Counted from the stretch's first letter, positions 18,571 to 28,321 are shown. The stretch is DNA of 64,000 nt from Pseudomonadota bacterium (GCA_043825735.1 JBDRRP010000050.1:1-64000), one strand, 5' to 3'. Program-made: numbers and translations. Notes: a model not told the origin generated them from the letters alone.

Positions 18571-18960
18571 TGCTCAACTCCTTTAAAACCCGATGGATCC
18601 GCTCCGTCTGAAAGCACCACCGGCCGGCGCCGCTGACAGGGCATTGCGCACAAGTGAAACCGGCAACGGTCACTTCCGGCCGGCGCCTTGCGGAACGCCC
18701 TCCTCTATAAGCACTTCAGGATGGAATCACAAGCCTGAAATGGGGCGAGCCCCCGGCGGATCGGCGGGCGGTGAACGCATGACGCGAGAAGCGCAAGGGT
18801 GGGGCGATATCAAAAGGCGGGACGGCCGATTGGTTGACAACCCTGTTGCGTTGTAAGCCGGCTGCGAAACGAACCTTACCGCTGCCGGTGCGGCCATTGG
18901 CCGAGATAACAAGCTCCGGTCCATTCTCTGCAGCGATTTTTTCAGCCGGTGGTTGATCGC

Positions 18961-19254
18961 TCAGCAACAGCCGTCAGGGCCGCCGCAGGTGGCGTTTTCA
19001 GCGCCGTGGATCCAGCCCGAAATGATGTATGCCGCGCACCCGACGCCGGGTGATACGCTGACGGCACCGGTTGGGCAGTTGTTGGCGCAGGCGCCGCATT
19101 CGATGCACGCGTCCCTGTCTGCGAGGGCGGCTTTGTCTTCGGCCAGGCGGAAAACCCCGTGGGGGCACACCGCCAGGCAGGCGCCGCAGCCCACGCAGGC
19201 GTCGGGGTCCAGTTTCAGTGTGGTGACGTTTGAAAGGTATCGGAAAGACTTCAT
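18961..19254 (-). CDS. hgcB: mercury methylation ferredoxin HgcB
   Basis: Two CxxCxxCxxxC motifs, CIECGAC, GVGCA, C-terminal CC; downstream of hgcA. Confidence 0.95.
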   Translation of the reverse strand: MKSFRYLSNVTTLKLDPDACVGCGACLAVCPHGVFRLAEDKAALADRDACIECGACANNCPTGAVSVSPGVGCAAYIISGWIHGAENATCGGPDGCC

Positions 19255-19310
19255 ATCGTTAGTCTCGGCGGTCGTGAGTTCATATTGAGTAAATATTGCG
19301 GCCGAAAGGG

Positions 19311-19476
19311 TTGCGCCTATACGGCTTAACAGCGACGAGGGGCCGAGGGTTCAAGTGAACGGCAACAGCATAACACCATATTTACGGTAGTACTTGTTTA
19401 CAATCGCCGCCGTTGCCGCTGTCGGACTGGTGTTGGTTCTCACTCGAACCCTCGGCCCCTCGACCCCTTGGACCCT
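19311..19476. repeat. palindromic repeat element in the hgcA-hgcB spacer
   Basis: gaggggccgagggttcaagtga ... tcactcgaaccctcggcccctc inverted pair, plus ttgcgcctatacggctta shared with 5903-5920 and 60993-61010. Confidence 0.7.
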
Positions 19477-19483
19477 GTTTTTT

Positions 19484-20689
19484 TTATAAGAATGCAGCTC
19501 CTATCCATCCGAAGACCACCAGCGCTACTGCTGCCAACTGCAGCGGGATGGCCCGTCGCATTTCTTTTTCCACACCCGAGGGCGATGTGAATGGCGTGGC
19601 CCCGGTGAAGTTCATCGCCAGAAACGAACTCAGTGCAGCGGCGCAAAGGACCATGAGGACAGCCTCCAGCCGACCGGTCCCTGCGCCGGCGGCAGCCACC
19701 GTCGCGATACCGGCCGCGCCGCCCAGCAGGGCGCCTTTGGCGGCAAACGCCGTTCCCGGAATCCACGGCAGCAGAGCCGGGGTGAGGACGCAGCCAGCCA
19801 CCACGCCGCCGAGGCAGGCCGTTATTATCAACATTCCACGATGAAGTGCCTGGCCAAATGAAAAGATGCCGGGGCCGATGCCCGAAATAACCGCGGCACC
19901 CACCACCACCCAGATCAGGTACTTGAGGACAATGGAGAGCTCCATCGGAATGAGCACGACCCGCTCTGCCGTGGTGAAGGTCACCATGCGCATACCGGTA
20001 CCGGCCTTCATGCCGGTGTTGATGAAAGCCGGGATATCGTCGGCGCGAATGGGGCCCCAGATCACGGAAAATCCGGACTGTTTCTTGACCGCTATCGCCG
20101 AGACCCCGGTGGCACCCAGTTGCGGCAGGATGAGGGTTTTGTGGGAAACCACCTTGGCCAGGCCGCTTTTTTCGATGCGTCTCACCAGTTCGTCAGTGCC
20201 GAAAGTCCCTTTGCCCGCGGCGCACCAGACATTCACGCCCAGCGTATCCAGAACCAGCAGCCAGGCATTGATGCCGGGCAGCCTGCGACGCAGGGTGTCA
20301 AAGCTGAGTTTGTAGTTGGCCGTCACCAGGATCGGCGCGTCCGGGTCCGGCTCGCCCACCGCATAAAGCCCCGGCGCTACAGCGTAGTTGTCGCGATTGA
20401 TGCCGGAGCGGGCGCCGGCGGTGCCCAGATGATCCCGCCACCCGAGAGCGGTCCGCACCACCGGGACCGGACCGGCCGGGGTGTCCATGAACCGTTCAAC
20501 GAAGTGACAGATGGTGTAGCCGGGGCGGGTGTCGGCGTCCGATGCCGGCGCCGGCGCGCTCCCGCAGCAGGCGCCGGGCGGTGACAGCGGTGTCTGGGCA
20601 AAGGGCTTCAGTTGGGGCGTCGGGGCACAGCCGCAGGCGCTGTCCGCGCAAGGGGCTTTTTTTGTTGAAGACGCTGCGGGTGAGCTCAT
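19484..20689 (-). CDS. hgcA: mercury methylation corrinoid protein HgcA with a Cys-rich N-terminal extension
   Basis: Cap helix GVNVWCAAGKGTFG, VTANYKLSFD, C-terminal TM helices with NFTGATPFTSPSGV. Confidence 0.96.
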   Translation of the reverse strand: MSSPAASSTKKAPCADSACGCAPTPQLKPFAQTPLSPPGACCGSAPAPASDADTRPGYTICHFVERFMDTPAGPVPVVRTALGWRDHLGTAGARSGINRDNYAVAPGLYAVGEPDPDAPILVTANYKLSFDTLRRRLPGINAWLLVLDTLGVNVWCAAGKGTFGTDELVRRIEKSGLAKVVSHKTLILPQLGATGVSAIAVKKQSGFSVIWGPIRADDIPAFINTGMKAGTGMRMVTFTTAERVVLIPMELSIVLKYLIWVVVGAAVISGIGPGIFSFGQALHRGMLIITACLGGVVAGCVLTPALLPWIPGTAFAAKGALLGGAAGIATVAAAGAGTGRLEAVLMVLCAAALSSFLAMNFTGATPFTSPSGVEKEMRRAIPLQLAAVALVVFGWIGAAFL

Positions 20690-20695
20690 CCGGGG

Positions 20696-21073
20696 CTATC
20701 CTTTCATGGCGGCGACGGTGCGCTTGAACCGGGCCAGCAGGTGCATGTCGAGGCAGTAGCAGGTTCTGGGCCCCTTGATTTCGCCCTGGATCAGCCCGCA
20801 TGCCTTGAGCTGCCGAAGGTGCTGGCTCACCGTGGACTGGGCCAGGGGCAGCAGATCCACCAGTTCACCGCAGATGCAGGTGTTTCTGGCGAGCAGATGC
20901 TGGACGATGGTTGCCCTCGCCGCGTGCCCGAGTGCCTTGCAGACAGCGGCGAAGCGATCGATGTCCAAGGGGTCAACGGCCGCAACGGCCTCCGGTCCAT
21001 GGATGAGGGGTGCGAGGCGCTCACCCAGGTCTGTTCTCGCTTCAAGTGTTTCCGGCATCCGGTAAGGCTCCAA
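20696..21073 (-). CDS. ArsR/SmtB family regulator (start may be 21058)
   Basis: KALGH..R, CICGEL, LAQSTVSQHL, RTCYC; stop 6 nt before hgcA ATG. Confidence 0.9.
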   Translation of the reverse strand: MEPYRMPETLEARTDLGERLAPLIHGPEAVAAVDPLDIDRFAAVCKALGHAARATIVQHLLARNTCICGELVDLLPLAQSTVSQHLRQLKACGLIQGEIKGPRTCYCLDMHLLARFKRTVAAMKG

Positions 21074-21096
21074 TAAGTATGTGTCAGCCGATTCTT

Positions 21097-21136
21097 ATCG
21101 TAAATCGTCGATATACGATTTGCGGCTTCCTGTCAA
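21097..21136 (-). promoter_or_regulatory. putative ArsR operator overlapping a sigma70 promoter
   Basis: ATCGTAAATCG-T-CGATATACGAT (10/11 inverted repeat, 21097-21119); TTGACA at 21136-21131 and TATCGA 17 nt downstream. Confidence 0.65.
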
Positions 21137-21417
21137 GGCTTCATCAGAGCTCGATTTGACCCGGAGGCTTTTGATCGGGCAGATATGGTTAAGCGAGCTG
21201 CCGGCTGCGTGAAAACAAGAAGTCTGTTTAGTGTTGCGGCGGAGTTTTTTTCAACACATAAAGATACCTGACAGCCGCGGCACGATTGGAATACCCCGTT
21301 ATAAATAAAAGTATTGTTAATACAATGTCTTATGATAAACTCTGATTGGCTTCAGGCTTGCACTGATGTTGCAGTCAGCGCACCGAAGCTTCCGGCGCGA
21401 ACGGAGGAGGTCTTGCC

Positions 21418-24400
21418 ATGAAGAGATCACTCATTTTCCCGTCCTGCCGCCGATGGCTGCTGGCGGTTGTCGCCGTCGTGATGTGGTCCGCGTCCGCGCT
21501 CGCTTCCGCTCCGCCGGTGGCTATTGGTGTACTGGCCAAACGCGGGCTGCCGCAATGCCTGGACGAGTGGACGCCCACGGCGCGCTACCTCACCGAGCGG
21601 ATTCCCGGCGCCGCCTTCACCATCATTCCAATCGCCTACGCGGACATTTACGAGAAGGTGCGGACAGGTGGCCTCGATTTCATCCTGACCAATCCCTCCT
21701 TTTACGTGGAACTGGAGCGCTGGTACGGGGTGAATCGCATCGCCACCTTGAAAGGCCGCTGCGTCACGGGTGTGTGCAAGACATACGGCGGCGTAATTTT
21801 CTGGCTCAATTCGCGAGCGGATATCCGCGGACTTGCGGATTTGAAGGGAAAGCGTTTCATGGCCGCCAACGAATATTCCCTGGGCGGCTGGCGGATCGTG
21901 TGGCGGGAGTTGCTGGAGCGGGGATTGGACCCCTACCGTGATTTCGCCGATCTGCGTTTCGGGGATACCCACGATGATGCGGTGCTCGCCGTGCTGAGCG
22001 GCGCGGTCGATGCCGGCAGTGTGAGAACGGACATCCTCGAACGGATGCAGGCCGAGGGAAAAATCCGACTGACGGATTTCCGTATACTGGAAGGCCCCCC
22101 GGACGCATTGGAACCTCTGCCCTTTCTCTGCTCGACCCGGCAGTATCCCGAATGGCCCTTGGCCAAGCTCCGGCATACCTCCGATGCGCTGGCGGAGAAA
22201 GTCACGGTGGCGCTGCTGCAGATGGCTGCGGATGATCCGGCGGCCCGGGCGGCCAACTGTGCCGGATGGACCATTCCATTAAACTACCAGTCCGTCCATG
22301 AATGCCTGCGGTTTTTGAAGGTGGGACCCTACGCCGACCTTGGCCGGATCAGCGCATCCGATGTATTAAAAAGTTACTGGCAGTGGATCCTGGCCGCCGT
22401 GCTGGCTTTTGCCGGCGGCGGTCTGTTTACAGGCGTCATCCTGCGGCTCAACCGAAACATCCGCGAGTCCCACCGAAAACTGCAGGCGGAAATCGCCGAG
22501 CACCGAAAAACCGACGACGCCTTGAAAACCGCCAAGGAGATGGCAGAGGCCGCCACCCGGGCCAAGAGCGATTTTCTGGCCAACATGAGCCATGAGATCC
22601 GCACCCCCATGAACGGCGTTATCGCCGCCGCCGAACTGGTCATGCAGGAAACGCTGCCGTCCAAGGCCCGGCATTATCTGAAGATCATTTACGCCAGCGC
22701 CGGCTCTCTGCTCGGACTGCTCAACGATATCCTGGATTTTTCAAAGATCGAGGCCGGCAAGATGACCATGGAAACCCGGCCTTTCCTGCTTGACGAGGTG
22801 GTGGATCGGGTCGTGGACCTTTTCATCCACAGCGCGGCGGAGCGACGGATCGAGATCATGGTGGACATCGGTCCGGACGCGCCCCGGGCGCTCAAGGGCG
22901 ATCCCCTGCGTCTCCAGCAAATCCTCACCAATCTGGTGGGTAATGCCGTCAAGTTCACCGGGGAGGGCGGCTGCATCATGGTGGGCGTGCGGCTGCAGGA
23001 GACGGCCGGAGACGAGAGCGTACTGACCTTCTGGGTGAAGGACACAGGCGTGGGCATCCCCCCGGACTATCTCGCGCTTTTGTTCCAGCCCTTTACCCAG
23101 GCCGATGCCTCCGACACGCGCCGCTACCAGGGGACAGGGCTCGGGCTCAGCATCTGCAAGCGCTTGGTGGAGATGATGCACGGACGCATCTGGGTGGACA
23201 GCCGGCAAGGAGAGGGCAGCACCTTCAGCTTTACGGTGCGCTTTGTGCGCCAGGCGCGGCAGCCCGAGCAGGCCTTTGTCCTGCCGACCGATTTGACCGG
23301 TCGCCGCGTGCTGGTCGTGGATGACAGCGCTGACTGCCGCGCCGTCGTGACCAGCATGCTCGATACGTTCGGCTTCCGGGTGGAAACGGCGGCCGACGGC
23401 CGCCTGGCCCTTGATCGGCTCCAAACAGACACCGGCGGCGATGCGGCCTTCAGCCTGGTGATCATGGACTGGGTCATGCCGGAGATGGACGGCCTGAGCG
23501 CCTGTCGCCGCCTCCGGGAGACGATCGCTCCGGAGTTGCCCATCATCATGATGACTGCCTTCGGCGGTGAGTCCGAAAAACGGGAGGCCGAGAAGCTGGG
23601 CGTCAAGGTGTTTCTGACCAAACCCGTCTACCGCTCGACGCTGTTTGCGGCGGTTCTCAGCGCTTTCGGCAAGCAGGCGCCGGAAGGGGCCTCCGGCACC
23701 GCGGGCATCGGTACGGATCTGTCGGCATATAAACGAGATCTCAAAGGCTTCCGGGTTCTTGTGGTCGAGGACAATCCCACCAACCGCGAAATCGCCCAGG
23801 CGGTTTTGGAAACCGCGGGCATGCTCGTTGAAACGGCCGAAAACGGCCGCATGGCACTGGCGCGGGTGCGTGAGGCGGCCTTCGATGCAGTGCTCATGGA
23901 CGTCCAGATGCCGGAGATGAACGGCCTGGAGGCGACACGGGTCATCCGCAGCGACCCGGTGTACGATCGGATGCCCATTGTGGCCATGACCGCCCATGCG
24001 ATGCGCGGAGACGAGGAGCGGTGTCTGGCCGCGGGGATGGACGGCTATCTGTCCAAGCCCATCAACCAGCAGCGCCTGTTCCATCTGCTCTGGCGCCTGC
24101 TCAAAAACCGGCGCCCCGGGGCAGGCGGCGCCCCGACGCCCGGCCAGACCCAGGTGCCGGTGATCACGGGGGACCGGCTGCCAGACGCGGTGGCCGGGCT
24201 TTCCATTGCCGCCACCCTTTCGGCCATGGACCTGAGTCCGGTGGTCTACCTGAAAATTCTCGCCGGATTCGCGGAAAACAATGCCGCCACCGCCGATGAG
24301 CTCCGGCAGGCCATCGCAACCGGTGACCGAACGCGTCTTGCCGGGCTGGCCCATGCGCTCAAAGGCAGTGCCGGAAACATCGGCGCCGGCGAGTTGGAAA

Positions 24401-24789
24401 CGGCGGCCCGAGATCTGGAGACGGCGGCGCGCGGCGCGCACTCTGAAGAGGCGCTCCGCTTGTCTGCGGCGCGGGTCGTGGCGGCACTGGATATCGTGTC
24501 AGCGGGGATCAACGGGCTTCAGGCCGGGCGCGCGGCCCCGCCAGAGACGCGGCCGGGACCGGTCATCGCGGACAGAGCCATTCTCACGGCGCTTTCCGCT
24601 GCCTTGGCACAGGCCGATCCCCTGGCCGTGGAAGCGGCGGCCGGGCCGGTGTTGGCAGCCTTGTCGCGCAGCGATGCCGGGCGGCTGCGGCGGTTTCTGG
24701 CCGGCTATGACTACGAGCAGGCCCTAAGCCTGATTGATCGCATACTGCAAGATGTCAAGGCGGACGCCGCCGGGAGAAAAGACCCGTGA
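21418..24789 (+). CDS. hybrid sensor kinase: phosphonate-binding-like periplasmic domain, HisKA, HATPase, 2 REC, HPt
   Basis: FLANMSHEIRTPMN, NLVGNAVKFT, GTGLGL, two REC domains, AHALKGSAGN. Confidence 0.92.
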   Translation: MKRSLIFPSCRRWLLAVVAVVMWSASALASAPPVAIGVLAKRGLPQCLDEWTPTARYLTERIPGAAFTIIPIAYADIYEKVRTGGLDFILTNPSFYVELERWYGVNRIATLKGRCVTGVCKTYGGVIFWLNSRADIRGLADLKGKRFMAANEYSLGGWRIVWRELLERGLDPYRDFADLRFGDTHDDAVLAVLSGAVDAGSVRTDILERMQAEGKIRLTDFRILEGPPDALEPLPFLCSTRQYPEWPLAKLRHTSDALAEKVTVALLQMAADDPAARAANCAGWTIPLNYQSVHECLRFLKVGPYADLGRISASDVLKSYWQWILAAVLAFAGGGLFTGVILRLNRNIRESHRKLQAEIAEHRKTDDALKTAKEMAEAATRAKSDFLANMSHEIRTPMNGVIAAAELVMQETLPSKARHYLKIIYASAGSLLGLLNDILDFSKIEAGKMTMETRPFLLDEVVDRVVDLFIHSAAERRIEIMVDIGPDAPRALKGDPLRLQQILTNLVGNAVKFTGEGGCIMVGVRLQETAGDESVLTFWVKDTGVGIPPDYLALLFQPFTQADASDTRRYQGTGLGLSICKRLVEMMHGRIWVDSRQGEGSTFSFTVRFVRQARQPEQAFVLPTDLTGRRVLVVDDSADCRAVVTSMLDTFGFRVETAADGRLALDRLQTDTGGDAAFSLVIMDWVMPEMDGLSACRRLRETIAPELPIIMMTAFGGESEKREAEKLGVKVFLTKPVYRSTLFAAVLSAFGKQAPEGASGTAGIGTDLSAYKRDLKGFRVLVVEDNPTNREIAQAVLETAGMLVETAENGRMALARVREAAFDAVLMDVQMPEMNGLEATRVIRSDPVYDRMPIVAMTAHAMRGDEERCLAAGMDGYLSKPINQQRLFHLLWRLLKNRRPGAGGAPTPGQTQVPVITGDRLPDAVAGLSIAATLSAMDLSPVVYLKILAGFAENNAATADELRQAIATGDRTRLAGLAHALKGSAGNIGAGELETAARDLETAARGAHSEEALRLSAARVVAALDIVSAGINGLQAGRAAPPETRPGPVIADRAILTALSAALAQADPLAVEAAAGPVLAALSRSDAGRLRRFLAGYDYEQALSLIDRILQDVKADAAGRKDP

Positions 24790-25811
24790 ACCGAGTCAAA
24801 GAGCTTGTCCTGATTGCCGATGACAATCCCACCAACATCGATTTGCTGGTCAATGCCCTCGGCGGCGACTACCGCCTGGGGATTGCCAAAAACGGGGCAC
24901 AGGCATTGGCTTACATCACGCACCAGCGCCCGGACATCGCGCTGCTGGACGTCATGATGCCGGAAATGAGTGGTTTCGAAGTCTGCCGCGAGCTCAAGGC
25001 CGATCCAAAGACCCGTGACATTCCGGTCATTTTCATAACGGCGCTCGATGATGCCGACCGAAAGCTGCAGGGGTTTGAATTGGGCGCGGTCGACTACGTA
25101 ACCAAGCCGTTTCTGGCCGAAGAAGTGCGCGCCCGGGTGCGTACCCACCTCAGCATGAAGACCCTGCGCGAAGCGCTTGAGCAGCAGAATATCGGTCTGG
25201 AGCAGAAAGTGGCGGAAAAAACGGCGGAACTCAACCGGCTGCTGGAATCGACCATCTCCGTGATCACGTTCATGGGGGAGATCCGCGACCCTTACACCGC
25301 CGGCCACCAGCAGCGCGTGGCCCGCCTGGCCTGTGCCATCGGAGGGCGAATGGGCCTGGCCCCAGAGCGCCTCAGGGCTCTGGAGCTTGCCGCGGTGTTA
25401 CATGACATCGGAAAGATCCGGATTCCGACCGCCATATCGAGTCGGCCCGGACGACTGCTGGATACCGAGCGGGAACTGCTTAAGATCCACCCCCGTGTCG
25501 GCTATGAGCTGCTGAGCACGGTTCCGTTTCCCTTGCCCGTGGCCGAGATCGTGCTTCAGCACCACGAGCGCATGGACGGTTCCGGTTACCCGGCCGGTCT
25601 TGCCGGGGAAGCGATCCTGCTGGAAGCCCGCATTCTCTCCGTTGCCGACGTCACCGAAGCCGAGAGCTCTTTTCGCCCCTACCGGCCCGCACTGGGGATA
25701 GCGGCCGCCCTGGCCGACATCCGCCGGAACCGGGGCCGGCTCTACGATGCCGAGGCCGTGGACGCCTGTACGGCGCTGTTTGAGGAGGAAGGGTTTCGAT
25801 TCGAGTCCTGA
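24786..25811 (+). CDS. REC plus HD-GYP response regulator (c-di-GMP phosphodiesterase type)
   Basis: LLDVMMP, LHDIGK, HHERMDGSGYP; GTGA overlap with the kinase. Confidence 0.92.
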   Translation: MNRVKELVLIADDNPTNIDLLVNALGGDYRLGIAKNGAQALAYITHQRPDIALLDVMMPEMSGFEVCRELKADPKTRDIPVIFITALDDADRKLQGFELGAVDYVTKPFLAEEVRARVRTHLSMKTLREALEQQNIGLEQKVAEKTAELNRLLESTISVITFMGEIRDPYTAGHQQRVARLACAIGGRMGLAPERLRALELAAVLHDIGKIRIPTAISSRPGRLLDTERELLKIHPRVGYELLSTVPFPLPVAEIVLQHHERMDGSGYPAGLAGEAILLEARILSVADVTEAESSFRPYRPALGIAAALADIRRNRGRLYDAEAVDACTALFEEEGFRFES

Positions 25812-25932
25812 GCGTTTCGCGCGCGGATCGGGCTTCCGGTCGGCGGGCGACCACCGCCGATGGAATCATAGTTGAAGAATGCTCAGCCATGTTGCATAAT
25901 AGCTTTTCTGATATCCATCGTCGTGTGATAGC

Positions 25933-26949
25933 GTGCCGCGAGTGCTGGTTGCGGCGCAAATTCAGGCGATCTCACAAGCCATTCCACGAGCGAAGGGGGG
26001 CAAAAAAATCAAAACGGAGTCCTTTACTTTTGGAGAGGGGATTTTTACCTACCGGTGGTTGCCGGAAAACCCCGAAGATATCGTGGGGGTGGTCCAGATC
26101 GCCCACGGCATGGCTGAGCACGCGGGCCGCTATGCCCGGTTTGCCCGTTTTCTCACCGAGGCCGGTTTCGGTGTGTACGCCAACGACCATCGCGGACACG
26201 GAAAGACGGCCGGTGCTTTGGAAAACGTGGGCTATTTTGCAGATACCGACGGATGGCACCGGGTGGCTGACGACATGCACCTGCTTACGCTCATCATCGG
26301 CCGGGAATGCCCGGGGGTTCCCGTTTTCCTCTTTGGCCACAGCATGGGCTCATTTTTGTCCAGAACCTATATCGCCGCCCACGGGGGCGACATTTCCGGT
26401 GTGATTCTTTCAGCCACCGGCGGCGATCCCGGCCTGCTGGGCAAGATAGGGCTGATGATCGCCCGGTGGGAATGCCGCCGCAAGGGAAGAAAAGCCCAAA
26501 GCCCCCTGCTCACCGCCCTTTCCTTTGGCGGATTCAACAAGGCTTTCAAGCCCAACCGCACGGATTTCGACTGGCTCAGCAGGGACGCGGCAGAAGTGGA
26601 CGCTTATATCGCAGATCCGTACTGCGGCGGAATCTTCACCGCGGGTTTTTTTTGCGATCTTCTCACCGGTCTTCAGTTCATCAACAGCCCGGAAGGCATC
26701 CGCCGGATTCCCAAGGACCTGCCCGTTCATTTCCTTTCCGGGACCAGCGATCCGGTGGGAAAAAACACCAAGGGGGTGCGTCAGGTGGCCGATGCCTATA
26801 AGGCCGCGGGTATCTCCTCGGTGACGACCACTTTCTACGACGGCGGCCGGCACGAAATGCTCAACGAAACCAACCGTGAAGAGGTTTTCCGGGATATCCT
26901 GGAATGGCTGCGCGCCCATGCGGCGATAGGGACCGCGCCGCTTCGCTGA
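25933..26949 (+). CDS. lysophospholipase-type alpha/beta hydrolase (start uncertain)
   Basis: HGMAEH, DHRGHG, GHSMG, RHEMLNE. Confidence 0.88.
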   Translation: MPRVLVAAQIQAISQAIPRAKGGKKIKTESFTFGEGIFTYRWLPENPEDIVGVVQIAHGMAEHAGRYARFARFLTEAGFGVYANDHRGHGKTAGALENVGYFADTDGWHRVADDMHLLTLIIGRECPGVPVFLFGHSMGSFLSRTYIAAHGGDISGVILSATGGDPGLLGKIGLMIARWECRRKGRKAQSPLLTALSFGGFNKAFKPNRTDFDWLSRDAAEVDAYIADPYCGGIFTAGFFCDLLTGLQFINSPEGIRRIPKDLPVHFLSGTSDPVGKNTKGVRQVADAYKAAGISSVTTTFYDGGRHEMLNETNREEVFRDILEWLRAHAAIGTAPLR

Positions 26950-26989
26950 TGCAGAAAGCGCCAGTTGGTCTTTTCCCAAAGAGATGTTG

Positions 26990-27077
26990 AACCACGGAGT
27001 CACGGAGGACACGGAGGTTTTATAAACAAAATCTACCGCTTTTGATTTTCTCCGTGCCCTCCGTGACTCCGTGGTGA
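26990..27077. repeat. inverted pair of periodic repeats
   Basis: accacggagtcacggaggacacggag ... ctccgtgccctccgtgactccgtggt. Confidence 0.8.
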
Positions 27078-27141
27078 TCCCAATGTCATCGGGGACACCG
27101 GTCCTTGACGCTAAACTGGAGCTTCGTAGAGAAGCGATACC

Positions 27142-28152
27142 CTACAATTGCGATTGCCTCGTCTTGTTCGCCGCCGCCCGGTAGCGGCTGTCCATCGCAG
27201 CGATTTCCGATGCGACCTGCTGCCGAAACGCCGGTGGCGCCAGTACTTCCGCGCAGGCCCCCCATCGTAGGACAAACCCCACCAGTTCGGCGTTTACGGC
27301 AACATCTGCTTCAAATATCAATGTTCCGTCTTTCAGATGGGTGAGCCGCTGGGAAGGATGCCAGGTTTTATCGGCGATATAGTCGGCCGCCGGCGGTGAG
27401 AAGCGGATGGTGACCGGCTCAGGCACGCCGGAATAAGCGCCCATCCCGGCGTGCATGGGGCTTTCCAGGTCTGTTCCCGGCGGGATGCTGGCCGTCTGCC
27501 CGGATACCGTCAATTCCGCGAGCCGGTCCAAGGCAAATACCCGCACATCCTTTCTCAGATGGCAGTAGCCCACCAGATAGAAGGTATCGTCGGCGTACCA
27601 GATTTTATGGGGAGACACGGTTCGTCGGGTGGCGCGGCCGCGTCTGCGGCCGCGGTACGCAAGGTCCAGACACCGGCCGGCGGCGATGGCTTGGTTGATG
27701 GTGGACATGGCGCCGGCCGCCTGATCGCCGGATGCGCGCGGCGATTCCCGGATGGCCACCGTTTGACCGAAACGATCGAGAAAGCCGTGAGTCTCAGGCG
27801 GCAGAATGCTTTTGATCTTGGCAAACAGGGACGCCACGGCATCGGCGAACACACCCCGGTGGATGGATGAGAGCATGCCGCGGCTCAAATACAGTGCCAT
27901 CAGCTCCGTCATATCCAGAGGCAGCGGCATTTGTCGGTTGCCGGCATCGAGCATTTTCCAGCGCGGCCCCGACGCGGTCTCCTCCGTATAGAGTGGAAAA
28001 CCGGCCACCTGCAGCGCTTCCAGATCCCGGTACACCGTTCTCCGGTGGCAGTCCAGAACTTCTGCCAAATCCCGGGCCGACACCCCCCCCAACGAGGTCA
28101 TGAGCCGCTGGATGATGATCCACTGCCGGCCCAGTTGGTCTCCTCTGGCCAT
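27142..28152 (-). CDS. HTH-WYL-WCX transcriptional regulator (YafY/PafB/DriD-like)
   Basis: RRTVYRDLEAL HTH, FYLVGYCHLRKDVRVFALDR WYL domain, EVLAP; GGAGG before ATG 28152. Confidence 0.92.
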   Translation of the reverse strand: MARGDQLGRQWIIIQRLMTSLGGVSARDLAEVLDCHRRTVYRDLEALQVAGFPLYTEETASGPRWKMLDAGNRQMPLPLDMTELMALYLSRGMLSSIHRGVFADAVASLFAKIKSILPPETHGFLDRFGQTVAIRESPRASGDQAAGAMSTINQAIAAGRCLDLAYRGRRRGRATRRTVSPHKIWYADDTFYLVGYCHLRKDVRVFALDRLAELTVSGQTASIPPGTDLESPMHAGMGAYSGVPEPVTIRFSPPAADYIADKTWHPSQRLTHLKDGTLIFEADVAVNAELVGFVLRWGACAEVLAPPAFRQQVASEIAAMDSRYRAAANKTRQSQL

Positions 28153-28194
28153 AAGATAACCTCCCTGCAGTCGATTCATTGAAATTTTTGGGTC

Positions 28195-28240
28195 TTCTCA
28201 CTCGACCCCTTGACCCCTCGGACCCTCGAACCCTTTTTTT
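28195..28240. repeat. half copy of the CTCGACCC periodic repeat
   Basis: tcactcgaccccttgacccctcggaccctcgaaccctttt, same family as 19440-19476. Confidence 0.65.
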
Positions 28241-28243
28241 TCC

Positions 28244-28278
28244 CTGTGACCGCATCTGTCACAGCCCCGGGGTACACC
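28244..28278 (+). promoter_or_regulatory. putative WYL-regulator operator/promoter
   Basis: Perfect CTGTGAC-N7-GTCACAG; TGTCAC-N10-TACAC spacing. Confidence 0.6.
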
Positions 28279-28321
28279 GTTATCAGAGATACGATTAAAC
28301 CCTTAGGCAAAGGAGGTGCGC

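Noticed and set aside
18590..18715. Lysine riboswitch upstream of the class IV aminotransferase
   Set aside because: AGAGG, CTGTC and GACGGAG are present but the GAGTA/GAAAGG/GCCGAA core was not found; needs an Rfam RF00168 scan
19484..20689. Selenocysteine in the HgcA cap helix
   Set aside because: The codon is TGC (Cys) and the frame has no internal TGA
22741..24441. Long antisense ORFs (also 14609-15673, 37733-39406, 46045-47346, 61301-62293)
   Set aside because: Shadows of confidently identified opposite-strand genes in GC-rich DNA
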